A stretch of DNA of 64,000 nucleotides from an uncultured delta proteobacterium (GTDB lineage: Bacteria; Desulfobacterota; Desulfomonilia; UBA1062). The notes beneath the pieces are model-generated. The model did no database searches. It had not been told where the DNA came from and saw nothing but the letters and a program-made list of their open reading frames with translations. Made by a program: the position numbers and the translations under genes. The DNA is taken from contig CAWAUM010000005.1 of the NCBI GenBank assembly GCA_963785235.1, positions 448,001 through 512,000 on the forward strand, in the 5' to 3' direction. Shown here in pieces: positions 41,487-51,793 of this stretch; positions within the stretch are counted from its first letter, which is position 1, and each line of letters opens with the position of its first letter.

Positions 41487-43433
41487 TCAAAATATTCTTT
41501 TATTGGCGGGAATCAAATTGATATTGTCAGGGACAATGAACTGTTCACCTTCGTGATTACCCCCTGGGTGGGTTCTAAGCCCCGGCCGGGGCACTACAAA
41601 AGGGTCAAGTTCATAATCCAGCTTCACTACGTTATATTCAACTGATGCATTCATATGCAGATTCAATTTTTCAAAGGCATGAAGCATCTTGGTGTTTTGC
41701 TCCCAGATATAGGCACGGAATATCTCAAATTCAAGATCAAGTGCGATCTTGGTCATTGAATTCAAAAGGTAGAAACCAAGGCCAAGATTCTGCCATGCCG
41801 GATGGACCATGACCGCAAACTCGCACGTCCTGCGTTTGTTATCCTCTTTATCCATAATTATATGGGTTATGCCGATAATGCTTGTTGTACCGGCATGAAC
41901 AGCCTCCACAACCAAGGCAAGCGAATTTTTATAATCACAGTTCACCATCTGCTGAGCCTGGCGATGGTGCAGCGATGTGAGGTGAATATGGAACCTGTGA
42001 AATTTTTCATCGCTGCTCAGAGAGTAGAACAGGTTCTGAATGCCACGCTCATCCGTGATCTTGACCGGCCTGATAAAGACCTCTTTCCCCCCAAATGTCT
42101 GCTGCTGTTCGTACTGGGAAGGGTAGAAAGAATCTTCAGGAGGAAGGACCTGGTCAGGATAGATATAGTTAATCCTCTTGGCCTCATCCAACAGCCACTT
42201 ACGGAATTTTGGATGGGCTATGGTTATGAGTTCGAGCACCCGCTCGCGGATGGATTTGCCGAAAAGGTTTACACTTCCGAATTCGGTTACTACATAGCTC
42301 ACATCGGTCTGAGTTGTGAAGACGCCCATTTTGGATTCGGTAAACCTGGGTACGATCCTCGATATGCTCCCGTCCCTTGAAGTTGACCTCAGGGCTATAA
42401 TGGCTTTGCCGCCTTTCGTAATCTGGGCTATCCTGTTGAAATGCGGTTGCCCCAGTGCGCCGAAGTGTGCACCCTGCTCACCCAGGGCCATGCACGACTG
42501 TCCTGTGATATCGATCTCCACGGCGCCATTGATGGCTACAAAGGGTGCCCTGCTAAGGATCGTCTGGGGATCGCTGACAAAGGTAAGCGGCCTCATCTGG
42601 ACTTGTTTGTTATTTCTGACAAAATCAAACAGCGCCTGGGTGCCGATGCAGAAAGAACCGGTTATAGTATTGCCTCTGGGAATTGCACCTGCACTGACAA
42701 GGTCGAAGACAGTATCCGTGATGATCTCGGAATGAATGGACAGGTCTTTTTTGTTTTTCATTGCCTTGAGTGCAGCGTCCGGTATCCTGCCAAAACCTAT
42801 CTGTATAGTGGAACCGTCTTTCACGAGATTTGCAACATGTTCACCTATCTGCATTGTTTCAAAGTCAAGTTCTTCTGCCTGAGAGCTGATTAAGGGCTCG
42901 TTGTGCTCCACGATGTAGTCGACTTCCGATATATGCACGAGGCTCTCTCCGCAGGTAAACGGCATGTGAGAATTGACCTGGGCTATTACAATCTCTGCAT
43001 GATCGATCATGGACTTCACCACATCAACTGTCACACCAAGGCTCATATAGCCCTGTTCATCAGGGGGGCTCAACTGGATGACAGTCGTGTTTATTCTTAT
43101 GGAGCCTTCCTGTATCAATCTGTCCAGCATGTCGGATGACAAAGGAATGTGGTCGGTCTTTCCGGTTGAGAACGAGCCGGACATTCCAGGCGACACAAAA
43201 AAGGAATGAATACGAAACCGGGAACCTGCCTCTCCGCCGAAGTTGGAATATGTTCGCAGCGGGATAGTGGTGTATACCTGGACATCGTTTAAGTCGATAT
43301 TGTCGAGGATAAGCTTCCGTACAAGGTACTGCGGCTCAGCGCACCCTGATTCCACAAACATGCTGGAACCCGGGTTGATTATACCCAGGACCTCTTCTGT
43401 GGTTATCCGCTTTTTCAGGTATTCTTCCATCAT
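41487..43433 (-). CDS. Acetyl-CoA hydrolase/transferase-family domain fused to a C-terminal GNAT acetyltransferase
   Basis: SPPDEQGYMSLGV, IQIGFGRIP, IHSE, YVVTEFG and IAHPKFR; GNAT part IRPV...CEFAVMVHPAWQNLGLG. Confidence 0.88.
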   Translation of the reverse strand: MMEEYLKKRITTEEVLGIINPGSSMFVESGCAEPQYLVRKLILDNIDLNDVQVYTTIPLRTYSNFGGEAGSRFRIHSFFVSPGMSGSFSTGKTDHIPLSSDMLDRLIQEGSIRINTTVIQLSPPDEQGYMSLGVTVDVVKSMIDHAEIVIAQVNSHMPFTCGESLVHISEVDYIVEHNEPLISSQAEELDFETMQIGEHVANLVKDGSTIQIGFGRIPDAALKAMKNKKDLSIHSEIITDTVFDLVSAGAIPRGNTITGSFCIGTQALFDFVRNNKQVQMRPLTFVSDPQTILSRAPFVAINGAVEIDITGQSCMALGEQGAHFGALGQPHFNRIAQITKGGKAIIALRSTSRDGSISRIVPRFTESKMGVFTTQTDVSYVVTEFGSVNLFGKSIRERVLELITIAHPKFRKWLLDEAKRINYIYPDQVLPPEDSFYPSQYEQQQTFGGKEVFIRPVKITDERGIQNLFYSLSSDEKFHRFHIHLTSLHHRQAQQMVNCDYKNSLALVVEAVHAGTTSIIGITHIIMDKEDNKRRTCEFAVMVHPAWQNLGLGFYLLNSMTKIALDLEFEIFRAYIWEQNTKMLHAFEKLNLHMNASVEYNVVKLDYELDPFVVPRPGLRTHPGGNHEGEQFIVPDNINLIPANKRIF

Positions 43434-43708
43434 AATGCCACCTCCAAATCAAAAATAATCAATAGATTCCATACAGTTTTCGTGCAGTATGGATTTAAAA
43501 ATCACTACTGCTGCGACAAACATCTTCTTTCTGTTACCTCCCCACGGGGAATTCATAATTAACTATTTGGATTATATCGGCATGTTGATAATTTATTATT
43601 ACAAGTCTACTTGCGGGATCTCTTCATTACCCATATAACATATCTTCAGAACTTATTGCAGATTTCCCAGCATTTCAATTCAAGAAATAAAGGAAGACGA
43701 CTAGTCAC

Positions 43709-44665
43709 ATGAAAGTGCTCTTTACCGCTGATCTTCACGGCCGGCGCAATCTTATTGAAGACATGATGGAGATCGCACTCAAAGAAAGAGTGGATTGTAT
43801 TATTCTCGGCGGCGATATCCTCCCCACGCTGATCCCCAACCCCTTAGCCCTCATCAACGGCCACGCCGATTTTCAGGATGATCTCAACGGCCAGCTTCGT
43901 TTTGTCGAAGACTACCTTGCCCCGGTTTTTTCTTCCTTCCAATCATCAAACCCCGGCATTAAAACCCTGTACATTCCGGGCAACCATGGCTGGATACCTG
44001 CTGTAGAGAGTTTAATCAAAGCCCTTCCGCATCTCGCGTGCATCCATGGAAAAACAGTGTACCTGGATGGTCTTGCCTTTTTCGGTTATGCCTGCGTGAC
44101 GGATTCGACATTCTGGGTAAAGGATTTTGCGCGAAGGGATTGTAAGAATGATACCCATGTGCCGAGCAAGTTTGCCATTGTGAGCGATACGGACAGGCTT
44201 GCGGTAAGCCCAGATGGTGACTACGCAATAAAAAACCCAAGTATCGCAGAAGACCTTTCAGGGATTTCCTTTGACAACCCCGCTAAGACCATCTGTGTGT
44301 TCCACTGCCCTCCATATGATACCGGTCTCGACACCCTGCACAACTACAAGCCAATCGGTTCCAGGGCCATCAGAGATTTTCTCGAAAGAACCCAGCCCAT
44401 GGTGAGCCTGCATGGACACATCCACGAATCCCCCTACATGTCAGGTGTTTATAAAGCCCAAATCGGCAGATGTCTGGCAATAAATCCGGGCCAAGCGCCT
44501 AACAGGCTTCATGCAGTAATATTCGACACCCACGACCCGGGTCAAACCATGATACACACCCTTTTCGGCCGTACCATGCTCCATAAAGGCCTGTATAAGA
44601 ATAGACCTGAGCGTTTCATGCGCAAGATCAAGGCCTTTTTCATGGATACTGTGCTCAGGGGGTGA
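43709..44665 (+). CDS. Calcineurin-like metallophosphoesterase
   Basis: ADLHG, GGDI, PGNH, HCPP and HGHIHE. Confidence 0.88.
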   Translation: MKVLFTADLHGRRNLIEDMMEIALKERVDCIILGGDILPTLIPNPLALINGHADFQDDLNGQLRFVEDYLAPVFSSFQSSNPGIKTLYIPGNHGWIPAVESLIKALPHLACIHGKTVYLDGLAFFGYACVTDSTFWVKDFARRDCKNDTHVPSKFAIVSDTDRLAVSPDGDYAIKNPSIAEDLSGISFDNPAKTICVFHCPPYDTGLDTLHNYKPIGSRAIRDFLERTQPMVSLHGHIHESPYMSGVYKAQIGRCLAINPGQAPNRLHAVIFDTHDPGQTMIHTLFGRTMLHKGLYKNRPERFMRKIKAFFMDTVLRG

Positions 44666-44720
44666 TAGAAGAGATCAAAAATTATCGCCGAAAATTATAA
44701 TTTGATGAGTTAAGCAGATT

Positions 44721-44807
44721 CGCTCAAAAGCTTTCCAGATGAGGTTTACATTCCTCGGCTGCATATAATGTATTCTTTCGGACTACTTGATTGAGCTGCT
44801 GGGTGAT
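44721..44807 (-). pseudogene. Decayed fragment of a methyl-accepting chemotaxis protein C-terminal helix
   Basis: Reads NITQQLNQVVRKNTLYAAEE versus [18 protein letters not shown] in the nearby MCP; the DNA aligns by eye with ~45790-45872. Confidence 0.72.
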
Positions 44808-44907
44808 GTTCAGGAAACCAAAGTATTGGGTAGCCCTGCCCACAGAGGGATCGCCTCCTCCATACGGTTTATATGAGCAGGTCCACCATGTCTGCCGTGC
44901 CGGAGTT

Positions 44908-45390
44908 CTATCCGGCCTGGTTGACAATGGACAATTCCTCAAGCGAAAACACCTTGTCGATGTCCAGAATCATGACGAATTCCTCATCCCGCTTGCCCAT
45001 ACCCTTGATAAAATCGGTATTGAGCTTTTTCCCGATCTTGGGAGCCGGATCGATACTCCCGGGCTCGAGTTCCATAACCTCATGCACCGAGTCAGCCAGA
45101 ACCCCGAGCACCACCTGATCTCCCTCGATATCCACCTCCCCAATGATGATGCGGGTATTCACCGTCTTTTGTGTATCCTTGATATTGAATTTCTTGTTGA
45201 GGTCCACTACCGGCACCACAGTGCCCCGTAGGTTGATCACCCCTTTCATGAAATCGGGCGTCTGGGGCACCTTGGTGATCTTTGTGAAGTCGAGTACTTC
45301 CCTCACCTTGGAGATGTCCAGGGCAAAATCCTCTTCGTCAAGCTTAAATGAGAGGTATTGCCTGGTTTCTATTATTCCTTTCACACTCAT
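44908..45390 (-). CDS. cheW: Chemotaxis coupling protein CheW
   Basis: QYLSFKL..EDFALDISKVREV, GVINLRGTVVPVVDL and LADSVHEV. Confidence 0.96.
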   Translation of the reverse strand: MSVKGIIETRQYLSFKLDEEDFALDISKVREVLDFTKITKVPQTPDFMKGVINLRGTVVPVVDLNKKFNIKDTQKTVNTRIIIGEVDIEGDQVVLGVLADSVHEVMELEPGSIDPAPKIGKKLNTDFIKGMGKRDEEFVMILDIDKVFSLEELSIVNQAG

Positions 45391-45528
45391 GGGTTTCTCC
45401 TTGTTCCGTTTATAGGTTCGTCTCCAACGTAGCAGGACAACAAAATGTGTTTGTATCGTATAGAAGTCCCGGCATGGTTTTGTGCATATGGCTGTCTTTC
45501 ATGCGCGGCCCCTCATGAACCGTATTGA

Positions 45529-47218
45529 TCAATATTTCTCGAAATCATCATCGCTGGCATCACCGGTGGTCTCATGGTCGCTCAGATCGATGAGCACCCC
45601 AGCATGTCGGCCGGCACCATCGCCTCTGCCGCCCCTGAGGAACTTTGGGTCATTATGGCTTACACTGAAAATGTGTGCCTTGGCCGGGGCGTGAGAGGCC
45701 TTGGTCTTTCTGGATGCGGTCGTGTTTTTTCTTGTGCCGCCCTTGTCGATCTTGAAGAAGGAGATGGCCTCCTGGAGCTGCATGGCCTGGCTTGAGAGCT
45801 CTTCCGATGTGGAGGACATCTCCTCGGCTGCCGATGAGTTCTGCTGGACCACCTGGTTGAGCTGCTGGATGGCGGAGTTGATCTGCTCCGCCCCGGTGTT
45901 CTGCTCATTGCTCGCTGCAGTGATCTCCTGGACAAGCTGGGCGGTCTTCTGGATATCGGGCACGATCTGTCCGAGAAGCTTGCCGGCCTTTTCGGCCACG
46001 TGCAACACTGTTCACCGAGAGCTTGCTGATCTCGCCTGCGGCTTCTGCGGAACGTTCTGCAAGGCGCCTCACTGCTGCAGCTACTACGGCAAAACCCTTG
46101 CCGTGTTCTCCGGCCCGGGCTGCTTCAATGGCGGCGTTCAGGGCCAGAAGATCGGTCTGTCGTGCGATCTCTTCCACAATGGCTATCTTGTTTGCTATGG
46201 TCTTCATGGCGGATACAGTCTCTTCCACAGCCTTGCCGCCCTCGCGGGCATCTTCTGCCGACTTGACGGCGATCTTCTCGGTCTGCTGGGCATTGTCAGC
46301 ATTCTGCCGGATATTGGATACCATCTCTTCCATGGAGGAGGATGCTTCTTCTGCGGCCGATGCCTGTTCGGAAGCGCCCTGGGACATCTCCTCGGCAGTA
46401 GAGCTCATCTGCTCGCTTCCTGATGCCACGTTGTCCGCTGCGTTGTGGACATCGGTAATAATCACACGCATTTTCTTGGTCATATTTCTCATGGCATCGG
46501 CGAGCTGACCAATCTCATCCTTCTGATTCAAATCAAGCTCATGAGTAAAATCCCCTTCAGAGATCTTTTTCGCGAACTCGATAGATTCGATAAGGGGTTT
46601 AGAAACATTGCGTCGAATGAAAAAGATGGTAGCTGCCAGAACAACTGCTACCATCAATAAAGTGACTACAATAATAAGGGTAATGAGTTTATCGAATGAT
46701 TTGTAAAACTCGCTCTTCAAGATACCGGTATAGAGAACTCCTATTATTTCTCCTTTATTATTAAGAATCGGATCATATGCGGTAAAGAATTTATTTCCCA
46801 AAATGTCAGCTTCACCCCGGTATGGTTTCTTATCACGGAATATCGAATCATAGGCATCACCAACGAGCTTTGTGCCTATTGCTCGACCTCCATCAGGTTT
46901 CATTACATTGGTGGATACCCTTTCATCTCGCATGAATATGGTGGCTGTTCCTCCACAGAGTTCCTTCAACTTGTCAGGCAATTCAAAATTATTGTTGATG
47001 GTATATTCTCCGACCATCATCTTATCTTCAAGAATTCTGAATTCATCGCCTTTCTGCGCAAGCAAATCTCTTAATACATTCATCCTCGTTTCCTGGTTGG
47101 CAAAAGCGATTCGCTTTAATTCCTTGTTTATATTTACAAGGCAGACAGATACGACTAAGAGAACAATAATAATTGTGGAACTTGTTGTGAGAGTGATGAG
47201 TTTCGTGTTAATTTTCAT
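45529..47218 (-). CDS. Methyl-accepting chemotaxis protein (Cache sensor, HAMP, signalling domain); apparent frameshift near 46005
   Basis: TM-Cache ([29 protein letters not shown])-TM, KDEIGQL and [27 protein letters not shown]; tail in ORF 45529-46008. Confidence 0.93.
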
Positions 47219-47364
47219 TTCTATCTCCTCTTCCGATCAAGGTTCGGTGGTATTCAATCAGGATACTGATGGGTTACCCCGGTACTGATCTTGTCGGTAC
47301 AACTATGACCAGTGGCTGATAACCAGTGGCTGCAGCATCAGCATCTGTTTGTTTTTTGATTATG

Positions 47365-47372
47365 TTATCGGC
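47365..47372 (-). promoter_or_regulatory. Sigma28-type -10 element (GCCGATAA) upstream of the MCP
   Basis: Exact FliA -10 consensus on the minus strand ~150 nt before the MCP start; the -35 is weak. Confidence 0.55.
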
Positions 47373-47503
47373 ATAAAAACCATAAAAATAAACATTAATA
47401 TAATCATCTACAGGCCCTTACTGCCTGTAATTGAAGGGGCTTCATTATGGTTTACGCGGATGCCCCGGATTTAAGACCTCAGGCATGAAAGATTCCTATG
47501 CGC

Positions 47504-48472
47504 TTACCAGTGAACCTTTAACTCCGAGATGATTGCGGTGATCAGTTCATGAGGCACTACATCAAAGGAAGGATTGAATACTCTCACCCGTGGGGCGCTC
47601 TGTGTTCCATGGAAAAAAAGTACCTCATCTGCGTCACGTTCCTCAATGGTTATATCATCCCCCGTGGGGGTTAACGGATCAAAGGTTGACCTGGGCGCTG
47701 CAATATAGAATGGTATTCCATGGGCACGTGCAAGAACTGCCAATGAATAGCTGCCTACCTTATTGGCAGTATCATGGTTGCAGGCGATCCTGTCAGCCCC
47801 CACGATCACGGCATCGACCTGTCCTTGCTTCATGAGCCAACCTGCCATACTGTCGGTGATGAGCGTGCAGGGTATGGTGTCGTTTTTCAGCTCATATGCC
47901 GTTATCCTTGCACCCTGAAGCAATGGCCTTGTCTCATCAACATATACCATCTTGAGCTTGTGCTGCTCATGGAGCCTTCGGATGACCCCGATGGCAGTCC
48001 CGATTCCTCCGGTAGCAAGGGAACCGGCATTGCAGTGAGTCAGCACGGAATATTCTTTGCCCTGTTCGAACAAACTTGCACCAAGCACCGCCATTGACTC
48101 GTTTGCTTCAATCTCTTCTTGCCAGATGGCCTGTGCTTCTTGCTGAAGCCTTTCCAGAAGATGTCTTTCAGCCGTGGATGCGATCGAAGAAAGACAACGT
48201 TTAACCGCCCAGGCAAGATTAACAGCCGTGGGCCTTGCATTGATAAGGCTTTCTGCAGCCTTTTCCACATGAATCCTACCCTTTGATGCTTCCAGCACAA
48301 GCCCGAATGAGGCGGCAATGCCAATGGCAGGTGCACCTCTTACGGCCAGCGTTTTAATGGCCTGGACAACTTCATTGGATGATGTGCAGGCAATCCATGT
48401 CTCTTCCAGCGGAAGCCGCCTCTGATCGAGTATGTAAAATATTTTATCCTTAAAGTAAAATGGCCTGATCAT
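47504..48472 (-). CDS. mtnA: Methylthioribose-1-phosphate isomerase
   Basis: LDQRRLP, VRGAPAIG, ARPTAVNL, THCNAG, ETRPLLQG and GADRIA. Confidence 0.95.
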   Translation of the reverse strand: MIRPFYFKDKIFYILDQRRLPLEETWIACTSSNEVVQAIKTLAVRGAPAIGIAASFGLVLEASKGRIHVEKAAESLINARPTAVNLAWAVKRCLSSIASTAERHLLERLQQEAQAIWQEEIEANESMAVLGASLFEQGKEYSVLTHCNAGSLATGGIGTAIGVIRRLHEQHKLKMVYVDETRPLLQGARITAYELKNDTIPCTLITDSMAGWLMKQGQVDAVIVGADRIACNHDTANKVGSYSLAVLARAHGIPFYIAAPRSTFDPLTPTGDDITIEERDADEVLFFHGTQSAPRVRVFNPSFDVVPHELITAIISELKVHW

Positions 48473-49903
48473 CTAGGATAAGAGTTCCTTAACTAACTCA
48501 CCGGCAACCTTGGGGTTGGCCTTGCCTTTGCTTTTTTTCATGACCTCGCCCACAAAAAAGCCCAGCAGCTGGTGCTTGCCGGCATGGTACTGGGTTACCT
48601 CCTTGGGGTTGGCTTCAATGATCTCACTGATGATTCTTTTCAATGAATCCTCGTCACTCACCTGCTCAAGACCCAGTTCTTTAATTATTTCCCGAGCGCT
48701 CCTTCCGGTGTCTGCCATTTTGGTGAGTATCTCCTTTGCCATAAGGCCCGAGACTATGCCATTTTTCATAAATTCCAGGAGCCCTGTGAGCATGGCAGGC
48801 GTCACTTTCAAATCATTAATTTCTATACCTTTTTCATTGAGGACGCGCAGGACCTCGGACATTATCCAGTTGCTGATTTCTTTTGGTGAATTCAGCAGAC
48901 TGACACACTGCTCGAAATAATCCGCCATAGATCTGGTCTGGGTAAGCTGCTCTGCATCATAGGCCCGAATGCCATACTCTTGCACGAACCGCCGGCGTTT
49001 TGCCTCCGGCAGCTCAGGCATTGAGCCGGCTATTCTTTTGATCCATGCATCATCAATGAAAACAGGGATGAGGTCGGGATCGGGGAAATAACGGTAATCA
49101 TGACTTTCTTCCTTGGACCTCATGGGCTGTGTCTTATTCTGTGATGTATTCCACAGAAGGGTTTCCTGAATAACATCCATGCCTGCTTCGCCACGTTGTG
49201 TCTGCCTGGCAATCTCGTATTCCAAGGCCCTCTGCACATTCCTGAACGAGTTCATGTTTTTGAGCTCTGTGCGTGTCCCGAGCCGGTCTGAGCCCTTTCT
49301 CATAACCGATATATTTGCGTCACACCTCAAAGATCCCTCTTCCATGCTTCCGTCGCATATTTCCAGGTACATGAGGATCTGCCGCAATTCCTTCAGATAG
49401 GCCACTGCCTCCTGGGTAGTCGATATATCCGGCTCGGTCACAATTTCAAGCAACGGCACACCGGCACGGTTAAAGTCGATATAAGATACGGGTTTTGTCT
49501 CGTCATGTATGCTTTTGCCCGCATCTTCCTCCATGTGGATGCGCCTGATGCGTATGCTTTTCTTCACACCGTCCGCCTCGATGACCAGGTGGCCGTTACT
49601 GCATAACGGGTTCTCGTATTGAGTAATCTGGTAGCCCTTTGGCAGGTCAGGGTAGAAGTAATTCTTTCTGGCGAACACATTGTGTGTTTCTATCGTGCAC
49701 CCCAGGGCAAGACCAAGCTTGATCCCCAAGTCCACAACCTTTCTGTTCAACACGGGCAGTACACCCGGCATGCCCATGCAGACAGGGCATGTATTTGTAT
49801 TTGGGCTGTACACGGAGGCAGCTGAACATGGACAGAATATCTTGGATTCTGTCAGGAGCTGTGCATGAACCTCCAGACCGATGACCTCAACAAAGTCATT
49901 CAC
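48473..49903 (-). CDS. gatB: Asp/Glu-tRNA amidotransferase subunit B
   Basis: [24 protein letters not shown] and DYRYFPDPD. Confidence 0.98.
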   Translation of the reverse strand: MNDFVEVIGLEVHAQLLTESKIFCPCSAASVYSPNTNTCPVCMGMPGVLPVLNRKVVDLGIKLGLALGCTIETHNVFARKNYFYPDLPKGYQITQYENPLCSNGHLVIEADGVKKSIRIRRIHMEEDAGKSIHDETKPVSYIDFNRAGVPLLEIVTEPDISTTQEAVAYLKELRQILMYLEICDGSMEEGSLRCDANISVMRKGSDRLGTRTELKNMNSFRNVQRALEYEIARQTQRGEAGMDVIQETLLWNTSQNKTQPMRSKEESHDYRYFPDPDLIPVFIDDAWIKRIAGSMPELPEAKRRRFVQEYGIRAYDAEQLTQTRSMADYFEQCVSLLNSPKEISNWIMSEVLRVLNEKGIEINDLKVTPAMLTGLLEFMKNGIVSGLMAKEILTKMADTGRSAREIIKELGLEQVSDEDSLKRIISEIIEANPKEVTQYHAGKHQLLGFFVGEVMKKSKGKANPKVAGELVKELLS

Positions 49904-51321
49904 GGTCTCACCTCGTGGAATTTCGTGTGCTCCTGGAAGGTCATTGCAGCGCCCAGGAGAACATGGTCCATAAAGGCCGGCGCCATAAGCTGGAGCCCGA
50001 TGGGCATCCCATTATCGCCGAACCCGCACGGTATGCTCAACGCAGGAATACCTGAAAGATTTGCAGGGATGGTGTAGATGTCCAGGAGATAGATACTCAA
50101 CGGATCATCAATCATTTCGTCAAGACCGAAGGCGGTCACCGGAACGGTTGGGCCTGCAATGATGTCGCAGACCTCGAAGGCTTTCCGGAAATCATCGACA
50201 ATGAGCGTCCGTACCTGTGAAGCCTTTCGGAAGTATGCATCGTAATAGCCTGCAGACAAAACATAGGTTCCGAGCATGATCCGGCGTTTCACCTCCGCGT
50301 TGAATCCTCTTGCCCTTGTCTCGCAGTACATATCGAAGAGGTCCTTCTCATCACCATGCCGGATGCCATATCGTACGCCGTCGTATCGCGCAAGGTTGGA
50401 ACTGGCCTCTGCAGGGGCTATGATATAGTACACGGCCACTCCATACTTGATATGGGGAAGATCAATGGGAACAATCTTGGCGCCGAGCTCCTGAAAAACA
50501 CCAATGGAATACCTCACAGAGCGCTCCACATCACGGGCTAGGCCATCGGAAAAGAAGATATCTGGGACACCTATCCGGATTCCATGCATATCGATTCCAT
50601 CAAAAGAAGTTGCTGCATATTCACGTGGTACGCTTGTGGAATCCCGCTGGTCATAGCCTTTTATGGCATCGAACAGAACGGCAACATCGCGGGCGCTGCG
50701 GCCCATAGGACCGATCTGATCCAGGGACGAGGCAAAGGCCACAAGCCCGTAGCGAGACACGGCCCCATTGGTCGGTTTCAGCCCGGTAATACCGCAGAAA
50801 CTCGCTGGCTGGCGGACAGACCCGCCAGTGTCTGATCCAAGCGCTCCTGCACACAACCCTGCAGCTACGGCAGCAGCGGATCCCCCACTTGAGCCTCCAG
50901 GTGTTCTTTTTTCATCCCAGGGATTCTTTGTGGGGCCGATGTTGCTCGTTGTCGTGGTGGAGCCCATGGCAAACTCGTCCAGATTGGTCTTTCCGACGAT
51001 GATGGCCCCGCGTTGCTTCAGCTGTTCAATGACATGAGCATCATAGGTTGGAACATAGTTTTTCAGGATATCCGATGAACAGGTAGTTCGTATTTCCTTG
51101 GTACTTATATTGTCTTTGACGGCTATGGGGATGCCCAGCAGCAAATCTTCATCTCCATGCAGAATTGCCTTACCCGAAAGCACTGCCTGTTGAAGCGCAC
51201 CATCTTCATTCACCGTGACAAAGGCATTAAGAGGGTCACTCTTGATGCGCACCAAGAGTTTCTCAATGTGCTTTCTGGGTGTTACACCATCATTACGGTA
51301 GATGCGTGCAGTATCCAGCAT
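49900..51321 (-). CDS. gatA: Asp/Glu-tRNA amidotransferase subunit A
   Basis: [32 protein letters not shown] and SNLARYDG. Confidence 0.98.
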   Translation of the reverse strand: MLDTARIYRNDGVTPRKHIEKLLVRIKSDPLNAFVTVNEDGALQQAVLSGKAILHGDEDLLLGIPIAVKDNISTKEIRTTCSSDILKNYVPTYDAHVIEQLKQRGAIIVGKTNLDEFAMGSTTTTSNIGPTKNPWDEKRTPGGSSGGSAAAVAAGLCAGALGSDTGGSVRQPASFCGITGLKPTNGAVSRYGLVAFASSLDQIGPMGRSARDVAVLFDAIKGYDQRDSTSVPREYAATSFDGIDMHGIRIGVPDIFFSDGLARDVERSVRYSIGVFQELGAKIVPIDLPHIKYGVAVYYIIAPAEASSNLARYDGVRYGIRHGDEKDLFDMYCETRARGFNAEVKRRIMLGTYVLSAGYYDAYFRKASQVRTLIVDDFRKAFEVCDIIAGPTVPVTAFGLDEMIDDPLSIYLLDIYTIPANLSGIPALSIPCGFGDNGMPIGLQLMAPAFMDHVLLGAAMTFQEHTKFHEVRP

Positions 51322-51329
51322 GACAGGCT

Positions 51330-51617
51330 TTATTCTATTACCTTAGGTACGACAAAGGTATTCTCGCTCATACACGGGGCATTGCGCTGTGTATCGCCAG
51401 AAGATTGTGATTGCTTGACAACATCATCCCTGAGGGCATTAATTATGGATTGGGCATGGAATGTCGGTTCTACACCGGTTGTGTCGACTCCTCCTAAAAT
51501 TTCCATATAGGAAAGGATTTCGCTCAGTTCTTTTTGGTATGATGCCGACTCCTGGGGTTCAAGTTTAAGACGTGCAAGACGGGCCACATGCAAAACATCA
51601 GCCTTGGTTATCTTCAC
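51330..51617 (-). CDS. gatC: Asp/Glu-tRNA amidotransferase subunit C
   Basis: HVARLARL, LRDD and FVVPKVIE; GTG start with SD. Confidence 0.95.
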   Translation of the reverse strand: MKITKADVLHVARLARLKLEPQESASYQKELSEILSYMEILGGVDTTGVEPTFHAQSIINALRDDVVKQSQSSGDTQRNAPCMSENTFVVPKVIE

Positions 51618-51793
51618 CTGCCCTCCCTTAAAAATCCAATTATAAGATATATATAATAAATGATGAATATCCTCAAGGATAGGGTTAACATTGAAAATAA
51701 TCTAGAAAACGATTGATAATTTTCTATAAGCCTTTTATAGTTGTGCGATTATTAGAGTCTAAGCATATTCATTATTCAATCGAGGGGGATTCC

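Noticed and set aside
30563-44695. Additional GCCGAAA-type sigma28-like hits (~30564, ~44687)
   Set aside because: They are mismatched and not oriented toward a downstream gene start.
44724-44942. 72-aa ORF as a functional gene
   Set aside because: It overlaps the cheW end out of frame, and only its tail is a degenerate MCP remnant.
47220-47500. c-di-GMP or other riboswitch upstream of the MCP
   Set aside because: I could not find the GEMM-type GGCAAA/GAAA/CGCAAAGC elements or a terminator by eye.
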